A DNA stretch of 64,000 bases from positions 99,692 through 163,691 of the forward strand of contig JAKAXB010000001.1 in the NCBI GenBank assembly GCA_021816765.1. The letters are read 5' to 3'. Of the stretch, positions 10,072 to 18,979 are shown piece after piece (position 1 is the first letter of the stretch; each line of letters starts with the position of its first letter). This stretch comes from Natronospirales bacterium (GTDB taxonomy: Bacteria > Pseudomonadota > Gammaproteobacteria > Natronospirales > REEB76). The notes under the pieces are model-generated. The model searched no databases. It was not told where the DNA came from and saw nothing but the letters and a program-made list of their open reading frames with translations. The position numbers and the translations under genes were made by a program.

Positions 10072-10527
10072 TCACGCGGTTTTGGGCGGCGTAAACTCGG
10101 CATAGTCTTCCGCCCGCGGTCCGTTGCGCATGACATCCCGCAGTTCCGCCGGTGCCGGCGCCACTTTGCGTGCCGCCAGATCCAGCCACGCGCCTTCCAC
10201 GTTCACCACGCAGGCCAATTCGCCGTTGGTACGGAATATCCTGTGACGGATACGCCAATGTTTGCCGTTGGGGGACAGGCCGGTAATCTCGGTCGTGACG
10301 CTGATGTGTTCGTTGGCGCACACTTCACGCAGGTACCGGGTCTCCTCCCGGAATAGTACCGGGCCGATACGCAGATGCTGAAAACGTTCCAGGGTGAAGC
10401 CGCAGTCATTCAGAAAACCCACGCGTGCCTGGGCGGCGTAGTCCATGTAGGCGGTGTGGCGCATATGGCCGTTGGGGTCCAGATCCGCCCAGCGGATATC
10501 GAAGCTCCTGGAGCAGGGTGAGTTCAT
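10072..10527 (-). CDS. acyl-CoA thioesterase, hotdog fold (4HBT/YbgC-like)
   Basis: About 150 aa; RWADLDPNGHMRHTAYMDYA is typical of 4HBT-type thioesterases. Start is either 10527 or 10554. Confidence 0.8.
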   Translation of the reverse strand: MNSPCSRSFDIRWADLDPNGHMRHTAYMDYAAQARVGFLNDCGFTLERFQHLRIGPVLFREETRYLREVCANEHISVTTEITGLSPNGKHWRIRHRIFRTNGELACVVNVEGAWLDLAARKVAPAPAELRDVMRNGPRAEDYAEFTPPKTA

Positions 10528-10740
10528 GTACGTTTCTGCCGGCCGCGCATGCAAGGGTCACAACTATATTAACCCGTGGGTGCGGCAATGCACTGTCGGC
10601 GCTGCATGTAAAAATAAATCATGCGCCGGTTGTGCTAAATGCCTGATTTCCGTGGAGTTGAGTTGCCGCCGCACCGCACGGCGGGTTGCCCCTGTCTCGC
10701 CCATCGGCGAAAATATGCAATCGTTCCCTGTGGAGTTTCC

Positions 10741-12771
10741 ATGCCCTCCCGTCGCGAACTTGCCAACGCCGTCCGGGCGCTCGCCATGGATGCGGTGCAA
10801 CGGGCCAAGGCCGGCCATCCCGGCATGCCCATGGGCATGGCGGACATCGCCGAGGTTCTTTGGAACGATTATCTGAAGCACAATCCGGCCAATCCTCACT
10901 GGCCGGACCGGGACCGTTTCGTGCTGTCCAACGGTCACGGTTCCATGTTGCAGTACGCGCTGCTGCATCTGAGCGGCTACGACCTGCCCATGGAGGAGCT
11001 GAAACGTTTCCGGCAACTGCATTCGAAGACACCCGGCCATCCGGAATACGGTGTGACGCCGGGGATCGAGACCACCACCGGCCCGTTGGGGCAGGGGCTG
11101 GCGAATTCCGTGGGCATGACCATCGCCGAAAAAATACTGGCGGCGCGTTTCAACCGGCCCGGTTTCAAGATTGTGGATCATTACACCTATGTTTTCATGG
11201 GCGACGGCTGCCTCATGGAAGGCATCTCCCATGAAGCCTGTTCGCTGGCGGGAACGCTGGGGCTTGGCAAGCTCATGGGTTTCTATGACGATAACCGCAT
11301 TTCCATTGATTCAACCGAGAACCACATTGCTCTGTGGTTCACCGACGACACGCCCGCGCGCTTCACAGCCTACGGCTGGCACGTGGTGGCGGATGTGGAC
11401 GGCCACGATGCGGCCGCGGTGAAGCGCGCCATCGAGGAGGCGCGCGGAGTAACCGACAAGCCGTCGCTGATCTGCTGCAAAACCATCATCGGTTTCGGCG
11501 CACCCGGGAAACAGAATACCGGCCAGGCACACGGTTCGCCGTTGGGCGAGGAGGAAGTGGCCGCGGCGCGCCGGCAGCTTGGCTGGAATTACGCGCCTTT
11601 CGAAATTCCCGCTGAATATTACGCTGGCTGGGATGCGCGCTCGCGCGGCCGGGCTTTCGAGGATAACTGGAACAGACTGTTTGCGGAGTATAGCAACGCC
11701 TATCCGGAACTGGCCGCGGAATTTGCGCGCCGCATGCGGGGGGAGCTGCCGGAGAATTGGCCGGCCCATGCCACACAGTTCATTGATCAGGTGGCGGCGA
11801 ACGGGTCCGAGATGGCGACGCGCAAGGCCTCGCGCAATGCCCTCAACAGCTACGCCCCGGTTTTGCCGGAGTTGATCGGCGGCTCTGCGGACCTGACGGA
11901 ATCCAACAACACCAATTGGCGGGGTTCGCGGCCCATCACCCGGCAGGATTTCGGCGGGAATTACCTTTTCTTCGGCGTGCGCGAGTTCGGCATGTCGGCC
12001 ATCCTGAACGGCTTGGCGCTGCACGGCGGATTCATTCCCTACGGCGGAACCTTCCTCACCTTCTCCGATTACGCCCGCAATGCGCTGCGCATGGCCGCGC
12101 TCATGGGGGCGGGTAGCATCTATATATATACACACGACTCCATCGGCCTCGGTGAGGACGGCCCTACCCACCAGTCCGTCGAGCACTTGGCGTGCCTGCG
12201 CATCATGCCGGGAATGGAGTTATGGAGACCCTGTGATGACGTGGAAACAGCCGTAGCCTGGACGGCGGCCGTCGAGCGTCGCCACGGGCCCACGAGCCTG
12301 GTACTGTCGCGGCAGAATCTGCCGCATTTCGCCCGTCTGCCGGTGCAGGTGGAATCCATCCGCCGCGGTGCTTATATCCTGGTGGAATGCCCAGGGGAGC
12401 CGGATGCCATCCTCGTCGCCACCGGTTCCGAAGTGGCGCTGGCAGCGGCGGCGGCGAAACAGCTTGCCGGGAAGGGGATCGCGGTGCGTGTGGTGTCCAT
12501 GCCCTGTACCAGCGTGTTTGATGTCCAGGATGTGAGTTACCGTGACCGGATATTGCCACCGGCCGTGAAAACCCGCGTGGCGGTGGAAGCGGGCGTCAGC
12601 GCGTTCTGGCACCGCTACGTGGGTCCGCAGGGCCGCATCGTTGGCATAGACCGCTACGGCGAATCGGCTCCCGCCCAGGATGTTTTTGAATATTTCGGTT
12701 TCACCGTGGACAACGTGGTGCAGACCGTGGAAGCGGTGGTTAGGAAACAGCCGGTGAGGAATGAAGTGTGA
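10741..12771 (+). CDS. tkt: transketolase
   Basis: [41 protein letters not shown]..., [10 protein letters not shown] and a TPP-binding region. The ORF track begins 34 codons too early. Confidence 0.95.
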   Translation: MPSRRELANAVRALAMDAVQRAKAGHPGMPMGMADIAEVLWNDYLKHNPANPHWPDRDRFVLSNGHGSMLQYALLHLSGYDLPMEELKRFRQLHSKTPGHPEYGVTPGIETTTGPLGQGLANSVGMTIAEKILAARFNRPGFKIVDHYTYVFMGDGCLMEGISHEACSLAGTLGLGKLMGFYDDNRISIDSTENHIALWFTDDTPARFTAYGWHVVADVDGHDAAAVKRAIEEARGVTDKPSLICCKTIIGFGAPGKQNTGQAHGSPLGEEEVAAARRQLGWNYAPFEIPAEYYAGWDARSRGRAFEDNWNRLFAEYSNAYPELAAEFARRMRGELPENWPAHATQFIDQVAANGSEMATRKASRNALNSYAPVLPELIGGSADLTESNNTNWRGSRPITRQDFGGNYLFFGVREFGMSAILNGLALHGGFIPYGGTFLTFSDYARNALRMAALMGAGSIYIYTHDSIGLGEDGPTHQSVEHLACLRIMPGMELWRPCDDVETAVAWTAAVERRHGPTSLVLSRQNLPHFARLPVQVESIRRGAYILVECPGEPDAILVATGSEVALAAAAAKQLAGKGIAVRVVSMPCTSVFDVQDVSYRDRILPPAVKTRVAVEAGVSAFWHRYVGPQGRIVGIDRYGESAPAQDVFEYFGFTVDNVVQTVEAVVRKQPVRNEV

Positions 12772-12816
12772 GGCGTGAGGCGTTCAAGGATAATGTTCTT
12801 TCCCCTCACTCCTCAC
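12768..12816 (+). other. imperfect 13-bp inverted repeat overlapping the tkt stop codon
   Basis: gtgaggcgtgagg (12768-12780) pairs with cctcactcctcac (12804-12816), with one mismatch and a 23-nt loop; no U-tract. Confidence 0.4.
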
Positions 12817-12862
12817 CTTGAGCAGAGCATAGTCAGGAGTTTGAGACAGGAGCACAGACAAC

Positions 12863-13873
12863 ATGACGATTAAGGTTGGCATCAATGGTTACGGACGTAT
12901 CGGCCGCAATATTCTGCGTGCGCTGTATGAATCGCAGCGCAGGCACGAAATCAGCATCGTGGCCATCAACGATCTGGGCGATGCCGCCACCAATGCGCAC
13001 CTCACCCGCTACGATACCGCCCACGGCCGGTTTCCGGGCACGGTATCGGTGGCGGGCGATCACATGGTCGTGAACGGCGACAGGATCAGGGTATTTGCCG
13101 AGCGCGATCCCGCCAGGATTGCCTGGAGCAGCGTGGGCGCGGATGTGGTGCTGGAGTGTACCGGGCTGTTCACCAGCAAGGCCAAGGCCTCCGCTCATCT
13201 GCAGGGCGGCGCCAGGAAAGTGGTGATCTCCGCGCCGGGTGGTGAGGATGTGGACGCCACCGTGGTATTCGGCGTGAACCACAAGACGCTCAAGGCGTCG
13301 CACACGGTGATTTCCAATGCCTCCTGCACCACCAACTGCCTCGGTCCGCTCGCCAAGGTGCTGCATGACAGGATCGGTATTGTCGGCGGCATCATGAACA
13401 CGGTGCACGCCTACACCAATGACCAGGTGCTTACGGACGTGTTCCACAAGGACCTGCGCCGTGCCCGTTCGGCGACGCACTCCATGATTCCCACCAAGAC
13501 CGGCGCCGCTGCGGCCATCGGTCTGGTGATCCCGGAACTGGCTGGCAGGCTGGACGGTTTTTCCATCCGCGTGCCCACCATCAACGTGTCCATCGTGGAT
13601 CTCACCTTCATCGCAGCGCGCGATACCAGCAAGGACGAGATCCACGGAATCATGAAAAATGCGAGCCAGGGCGAACTCAGGGGAATCCTCGCCTACAGCG
13701 ATCAGCCGCTGGTATCGGTGGATTTCAATCACGATCCGGCCTCCAGCACCTTCGACGCCACCCTCACCAAGGTCATGGGCCGGCTGGTGAAGGTGTGCTC
13801 CTGGTATGACAACGAGTGGGGCTTCTCGAATCGCATGCTGGATGTCACCGTGGCGCTGTGGAACGCGAAGTGA
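12863..13873 (+). CDS. gap: glyceraldehyde-3-phosphate dehydrogenase
   Basis: [10 protein letters not shown] at the N-terminus and active site [10 protein letters not shown]. Confidence 0.95.
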   Translation: MTIKVGINGYGRIGRNILRALYESQRRHEISIVAINDLGDAATNAHLTRYDTAHGRFPGTVSVAGDHMVVNGDRIRVFAERDPARIAWSSVGADVVLECTGLFTSKAKASAHLQGGARKVVISAPGGEDVDATVVFGVNHKTLKASHTVISNASCTTNCLGPLAKVLHDRIGIVGGIMNTVHAYTNDQVLTDVFHKDLRRARSATHSMIPTKTGAAAAIGLVIPELAGRLDGFSIRVPTINVSIVDLTFIAARDTSKDEIHGIMKNASQGELRGILAYSDQPLVSVDFNHDPASSTFDATLTKVMGRLVKVCSWYDNEWGFSNRMLDVTVALWNAK

Positions 13874-13952
13874 ATTGATTGTGGGAGCGGCCGTCACGGC
13901 CGCGATACCATCGCGACGGGGAGCCTCGCTCCCGCATCGGAGCGCAGTGAAA

Positions 13953-15161
13953 ATGTCTGTCATCAAGATGACTGATCTGGATCTGCACGGTAAACGGGTG
14001 CTGATCCGCGAGGATCTGAACGTACCGCTGGACGATGCCGGCCGCATCACCAGCGATGTGCGCATCCGTGCTTCGCTGCCCACCATCCAGCACGCCATGC
14101 GCGCGGGCGGACATGTCATGGTCCTGTCCCACCTCGGCCGTCCCAAGGAAGGCGAGTACGCCCCCGCGCTTTCCCTGGCGCCGGTGGCGGAGCGTCTCAC
14201 CGAACTGCTGGGTGTGAAAGTACCGCTGGTGAAGGGCTGGATTGCCGGCATGGACGTGCCACCCGGAGGGGTGGTGTTGTGCGAGAACGTGCGCTTTCTC
14301 AAGGGCGAGAAACGGGACGATGAAATTCTCGCCAGGAAGATGGCGGCGCTGTGCGATATCTATGTGATGGATGCCTTTGCTACCGCGCACCGCGCCGAGG
14401 CCTCGACCCATGGTGTCGCCAAATACGCGCCTGTCGCGGCGGCAGGGCCGTTGCTGGTGAGTGAGCTTGAAGCACTGGGCCGCGCCTTGGAACATCCGGC
14501 GCGGCCGCTGGTAGCCATCGTTGCGGGTTCCAAGGTGTCTTCCAAGCTCACGCTGCTGGATGCATTGAGCAGGGTGGTTGATCAGTTGATAGTCGGCGGT
14601 GGTATCGCCAATACCTTCATCGCAGCGGCCGGCCACAAGGTGGGCAAGTCGCTGTATGAACCTGGCCTGGTGGCAGAGGCGAAACGCCTGACCGAGGTCG
14701 CGCACAAGCGCGGTGGCGAAATTCCGCTGCCCGTTGACGTGGTGGTGGCGCATGAACTGTCCGCCAACGCGGAAGCGGATGTACGCAAGGTGGATCAGGT
14801 GGGCGCTGACGAGATGGTGCTCGACATGGGACCCGACACCACGGAAATGTATGCGGGACTGCTGAAGAATGCCGGTACCATCGTGTGGAATGGTCCGGTG
14901 GGCGTGTTTGAATTCGACCAGTTCGGCGAGGGTACGCGCGTGCTGGCCCACGCCATTGCCGAGAGCCCGGCGTTTTCCATCGCCGGCGGCGGGGACACCC
15001 TGGCGGCGCTGGACAAGTACGGCGTCACGGATCGCATTTCCTACGTGTCCACCGGCGGCGGTGCGTTTCTGGAATTTCTTGAAGGCAAGACATTGCCGGC
15101 GGTGGCGATTCTCGAAGAGCGTGCCGCCATTGGCACCCTCCTGCTGCGCAAGACGCTGTAA
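13953..15161 (+). CDS. pgk: phosphoglycerate kinase
   Basis: [26 protein letters not shown]-terminus and full-length PGK similarity. Start trimmed from 13806. Confidence 0.95.
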   Translation: MSVIKMTDLDLHGKRVLIREDLNVPLDDAGRITSDVRIRASLPTIQHAMRAGGHVMVLSHLGRPKEGEYAPALSLAPVAERLTELLGVKVPLVKGWIAGMDVPPGGVVLCENVRFLKGEKRDDEILARKMAALCDIYVMDAFATAHRAEASTHGVAKYAPVAAAGPLLVSELEALGRALEHPARPLVAIVAGSKVSSKLTLLDALSRVVDQLIVGGGIANTFIAAAGHKVGKSLYEPGLVAEAKRLTEVAHKRGGEIPLPVDVVVAHELSANAEADVRKVDQVGADEMVLDMGPDTTEMYAGLLKNAGTIVWNGPVGVFEFDQFGEGTRVLAHAIAESPAFSIAGGGDTLAALDKYGVTDRISYVSTGGGAFLEFLEGKTLPAVAILEERAAIGTLLLRKTL

Positions 15162-15343
15162 GCTCCTGTGGTGTGTGCAAGCGGCCGTTCGATGTACAGG
15201 TATGTACAGGTCTGTGGGAGGCATGGATGCCGGGAACAGCCCAGCCGCGATAATCACGGCCTGGCACGTCGTTTCCACAAATAGCCAACCTGCCGTACTG
15301 AAAGAGTAAACTGGTTTTAACGCAGCACCCGGTACGGAATCTT

Positions 15344-16771
15344 ATGACCCGCAGAACCAAAATCGTCGCCACTCTCGGTCCGGCCACCGATTCGCCCGAA
15401 ACCATGCAGGCCATCGTGCGCGCGGGTGTGGACGTGGTGCGCGTCAATTTCTCCCATGGCGAAGCGGCCGATCACCAGCGCCGGGTGCAGTTGGTGCGCG
15501 ACGCCGCAGCCAAAGTCGGCAAGGACGTGGGTATTCTCGGTGACCTGCAGGGCCCCAAGATACGCATCGAGAAATTCCGCGATGGCAAGGTCACGCTGCA
15601 GGACGGTCAGCGCTTCATACTGGATGCGGAACTTGCCGACGATGCGGGTACGGTCGAAACAGTCGGTATTACCTACAAAGCGTTGCCGCAGGATGTCAAG
15701 ACCGGCGACGCGTTGGTGCTGGGCGACGGCGAGATCGTGTTGCGCGTCCAGGACGTGCAGGGTGTGCGTATCACCTGTAGCGTGGAAAATGGCGGCGAGC
15801 TATCCAACCACAAGGGCATCAACCGCCAGGGTGGCGGTCTGTCCGCGGAAGCGCTCACCGACAAGGACAGGCGTGATATCCAGTTCGCGGCGCAGTTGGG
15901 TGTGGATTACCTCGCGGTGTCGTTCCCGCGCGACGCCGGCGACATCGAACGTGCCCGCAAGCTCCTGCAGGCGGCGGGCGGCAAGGCGGGCATTATCGCC
16001 AAGATCGAACGCGCCGAAGCCATCCAGACCCTGGACCCGATTATCCGCACCAGCGACGCAGTGATGATCGCGCGTGGCGATCTGGCGGTGGAGATCGGCG
16101 ACGCGGAGCTGCCCGGGATACAGAAACTCATCATCCACCGGGCCCGTGATCTGAGCCGCGTGGTAATCACCGCCACGCAGATGATGGAGTCCATGATCCA
16201 CAGCCCGGTGCCGACGCGCGCCGAAGTGCTGGATGTGGCCAATGCGGTCATGGACGGCACCGATGCGGTGATGCTGTCGGCGGAAACTGCCGCCGGCAAG
16301 TATCCGGTGAAGACCGTCGAGGCCATGTCGCGCGTATGCACGGGCGCCGAAAAACAGCGCGTCATGCTGCGCTCGGGTCATCGCCTGGATCAACGCTTTG
16401 AGCGCGTGGACGAAGCCATCGCCATGGCGGTGATGTATACCGCCAACCACATGGATGTGAAGGCCATCATCGCCCTTACCGAATCCGGCTCCACCGCCCT
16501 GTGGATGTCGCGCATCCGCTCCGGCATTCCCGTCTTTGCCATGACGCGTCACGAAGCCACGCGCAGGCGCGTGACGCTTTACCGCGGCGTGTATCCGGTG
16601 GCTTTCGATGTGATGCACACCAACCCGGACGACGTGTTGCGCAGCGCGGCGGACGAGCTCAAGAAACGCGCCATCGTCAAGGACGGCGATTTCGTCATCT
16701 GCACCAAAGGCGAGTTCAGCGGTATTACCGGCGGCACCAACAGCCTGAAAATACTGCGTGTCGGCGATTAA
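15344..16771 (+). CDS. pyk: pyruvate kinase
   Basis: TKIVATLGPA, RVNFSHG and MIARGDLAVEI motifs; 475 aa. Confidence 0.95.
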   Translation: MTRRTKIVATLGPATDSPETMQAIVRAGVDVVRVNFSHGEAADHQRRVQLVRDAAAKVGKDVGILGDLQGPKIRIEKFRDGKVTLQDGQRFILDAELADDAGTVETVGITYKALPQDVKTGDALVLGDGEIVLRVQDVQGVRITCSVENGGELSNHKGINRQGGGLSAEALTDKDRRDIQFAAQLGVDYLAVSFPRDAGDIERARKLLQAAGGKAGIIAKIERAEAIQTLDPIIRTSDAVMIARGDLAVEIGDAELPGIQKLIIHRARDLSRVVITATQMMESMIHSPVPTRAEVLDVANAVMDGTDAVMLSAETAAGKYPVKTVEAMSRVCTGAEKQRVMLRSGHRLDQRFERVDEAIAMAVMYTANHMDVKAIIALTESGSTALWMSRIRSGIPVFAMTRHEATRRRVTLYRGVYPVAFDVMHTNPDDVLRSAADELKKRAIVKDGDFVICTKGEFSGITGGTNSLKILRVGD

Positions 16772-16940
16772 GAGTGAGGAATGAGAGGTTTAGAAGGAGC
16801 CGGGAGCATGGAAAATGGAGGAACCTTGATGCGCGGGTTCCTGCGGTTACCGCAGTTGTCGGGCGACCGGGGTTTCTTGCCTGACGCTTCACTCTCCCCG
16901 GGCCCGTGTGGGCGGATCACCGAGTGCGGAGATTAAGGTA

Positions 16941-17909
16941 ATGAAAAGTACGGTATTGATACTATTCATATTTGCGGCGACTGTTGCATCTTGTTTTGCC
17001 CAGGCTGCAATGCCAATCAACCCGGGTATGCAGATGCTGGAAACGGAGAATTACGCCGATGCCCGGGCGTATTTTCAGTCCCTTTTGCAGAAGGACCCCC
17101 GGAATACCGAGGCGGTGGCGGATATGGCCAAGCTCTGCCTGGCGCAGGGACAGAACAAGATGGGTGTACGCTGGGCACAAAAAGCCGTTGCGCTCGCACC
17201 CAATCATGCAGCTTATGAATTGTTGCTGGGCGACGCCTATGGCCACTACGTGAATGATGTGGGCATCTTCAGCAAATTCAGCATCGCCCGCAAAATCCGC
17301 GGCGCCTATCAGAAAGCGGTGCAATTGGATCCGAACAATTTCAAGGCCCGCTATCGGCTGGCGACGTATTACCTTGAGGCGCCAGGTATTGCCGGGGGGA
17401 GTACCGCGAAGGCAGACGCGCAGATCCAAATTCTGGACAAAAGCGATCCCGTTGAGGCTGACTGGCTCCGTGCCAAAGCAGCGGTGCAACACAGGGACAA
17501 TAAGAAAGCCGGGGCCTATCTTCATTCCGCCATCAAACTCGACAACACGGCGAAGAGCGAGGCAAGACTGGGAAGTTTTCTTGAGAGACAGAAGCGCTAT
17601 GCCAAAGCCTTCACCGTTTTCGAGGACAGTGTTCACAAAGACCCCACCTACAGCGAGAGTTATTACCAGATCGGTCTGTCCGCGTTGCTGGGGAAAATCC
17701 ATGTTCAGGAAGGTATCCGCGCCATGCAAGAATACCTGACCATGCCGCATGACTGGGAAAGCGGCGCTCCCTACACATGGGCGCATTACCGTCTTGGCAT
17801 GCTGTATGGCCTCGCCGGCGAAAAGACCAGCGAGAAGGTCCAATACGAGGCGGCTCTGAAACTCGATCCGGGATTCAAGCAAGCCAGGAAAGCCCTTGCG
17901 GAAATGTGA
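16941..17909 (+). CDS. secreted TPR-repeat protein
   Basis: Signal peptide MKSTVLILFIFAATVASCFAQA, then repeated TPR-like helical pairs (YADARAYFQSLLQKDPRN..., YQKAVQLDPNN..., YEAALKLDPGF). ATG 16941 preferred over GTG 16908. Confidence 0.75.
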   Translation: MKSTVLILFIFAATVASCFAQAAMPINPGMQMLETENYADARAYFQSLLQKDPRNTEAVADMAKLCLAQGQNKMGVRWAQKAVALAPNHAAYELLLGDAYGHYVNDVGIFSKFSIARKIRGAYQKAVQLDPNNFKARYRLATYYLEAPGIAGGSTAKADAQIQILDKSDPVEADWLRAKAAVQHRDNKKAGAYLHSAIKLDNTAKSEARLGSFLERQKRYAKAFTVFEDSVHKDPTYSESYYQIGLSALLGKIHVQEGIRAMQEYLTMPHDWESGAPYTWAHYRLGMLYGLAGEKTSEKVQYEAALKLDPGFKQARKALAEM

Positions 17910-17973
17910 AGCGATGCGCGCGTTCGCTGACAGCATACTAAGCAAGCCGTTATCCCGATAAACGGAGCATGTC

Positions 17974-18336
17974 ATGAAAAAATATCTGACAATTCCGGGA
18001 TTGCTCGGCCTGCTTTGTGGCTGCACCACGATCACGCGAACACCCGCCGTCAGGGTTGCTCCGCCCTCCGCCAAGGCAGAGTGGTCAGTCAGTGCAAAAG
18101 ATGATTCCAGTCTCTTATCCGACACGATAACGCTGTATGTGAACGGAACCCGGGTGGCTGCCGGCACGGCAAATCCATTTCGGCATTCAGTTCATCTGAC
18201 AGGCAGCCACGAACAGCACGCCATTCTTGGCGACTGCAACATAGTGGGTGCGCCGCGTACGTCGCTTGCTTCCACGGGAGCATATCAATGCACCGTGTAT
18301 ATTGATGGATCAAAAGTCACCCGACTGACCTTCTGA
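17974..18336 (+). CDS. hypothetical lipoprotein
   Basis: 120-aa ORF with the lipobox LLGLLCGC in its signal peptide. Confidence 0.6.
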   Translation: MKKYLTIPGLLGLLCGCTTITRTPAVRVAPPSAKAEWSVSAKDDSSLLSDTITLYVNGTRVAAGTANPFRHSVHLTGSHEQHAILGDCNIVGAPRTSLASTGAYQCTVYIDGSKVTRLTF

Positions 18337-18534
18337 CATGCCCGTTTGGCTTGATACGGAACACCTATTTTGGTCATATTTCGCCCTGATTACCCGCCTT
18401 TATCTCATGGGGGGAATCCCCCGTCCGGGTGTAAACTCTTTTACCGTTCTGGATTCAATATCCGCACGTCCGTGACGGATAGGCTTTGACGCTGGAGTAC
18501 CTGTAAAGTGCGCGCATCCGGTTCGTGGAGTGAC

Positions 18535-18963
18535 ATGGCTTCTAGGTTGCCGGCCGCAACCAGGCCGCTCATCGCATGCGTGGTTCTGCTCTGTACCTTT
18601 TTCATCAGCGGCTGTGCCGGGGCGGCGCGCCCGGACGATGCGCCCTCATCTGCAGCGGCGGCGAAAATCTCGCCGTCGCTGACCGCGGTGGCCGCGCAAC
18701 TCGAGTCCGGCATGAATCCGGGTAACTTCGCCCGCGGTGCGGTGCGCGCCGACTCCAAAGGGCGCCTGCAGGTGTATGTCTATGTGGATCAGTTGACGCC
18801 CGCTGTGCTGGCCAGGCTCGCTGCGCACGGACTGGTGAAGGTCGTTCCCAGTCCGGCATTGCACCTGGTACAAGGTTGGGTGAATCCACACGACCTGGAT
18901 AGACTTACGGGGCTGCCGTTTGTGATTCGCATTACTCCACCACGCTACGCCTTGCCCCGTTAA
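18535..18963 (+). CDS. lipoprotein homologous to the N-terminal pro-region of the adjacent S8-like protease
   Basis: Lipobox FFISGCAG. The C-terminal approx 70 aa align with protease residues approx 80-146 (QVYV / SPALxxVQxW / PRYA). Confidence 0.6.
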   Translation: MASRLPAATRPLIACVVLLCTFFISGCAGAARPDDAPSSAAAAKISPSLTAVAAQLESGMNPGNFARGAVRADSKGRLQVYVYVDQLTPAVLARLAAHGLVKVVPSPALHLVQGWVNPHDLDRLTGLPFVIRITPPRYALPR

Positions 18964-18979
18964 CGGGAGTGACCATGTG

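Noticed and set aside
15192-15211. Perfect tandem duplication atgtacaggt x2 in the pgk-pyk spacer
   Set aside because: Real, but only 20 bp with no associated structure or motif. It is too short to interpret.
12833-15278. Minus-strand ORFs of 489 and 477 aa opposite gap and pgk
   Set aside because: The plus-strand genes are unambiguous GAPDH and PGK. The antisense translations are low-complexity (Arg/Gly/His-rich) with no recognisable domains.
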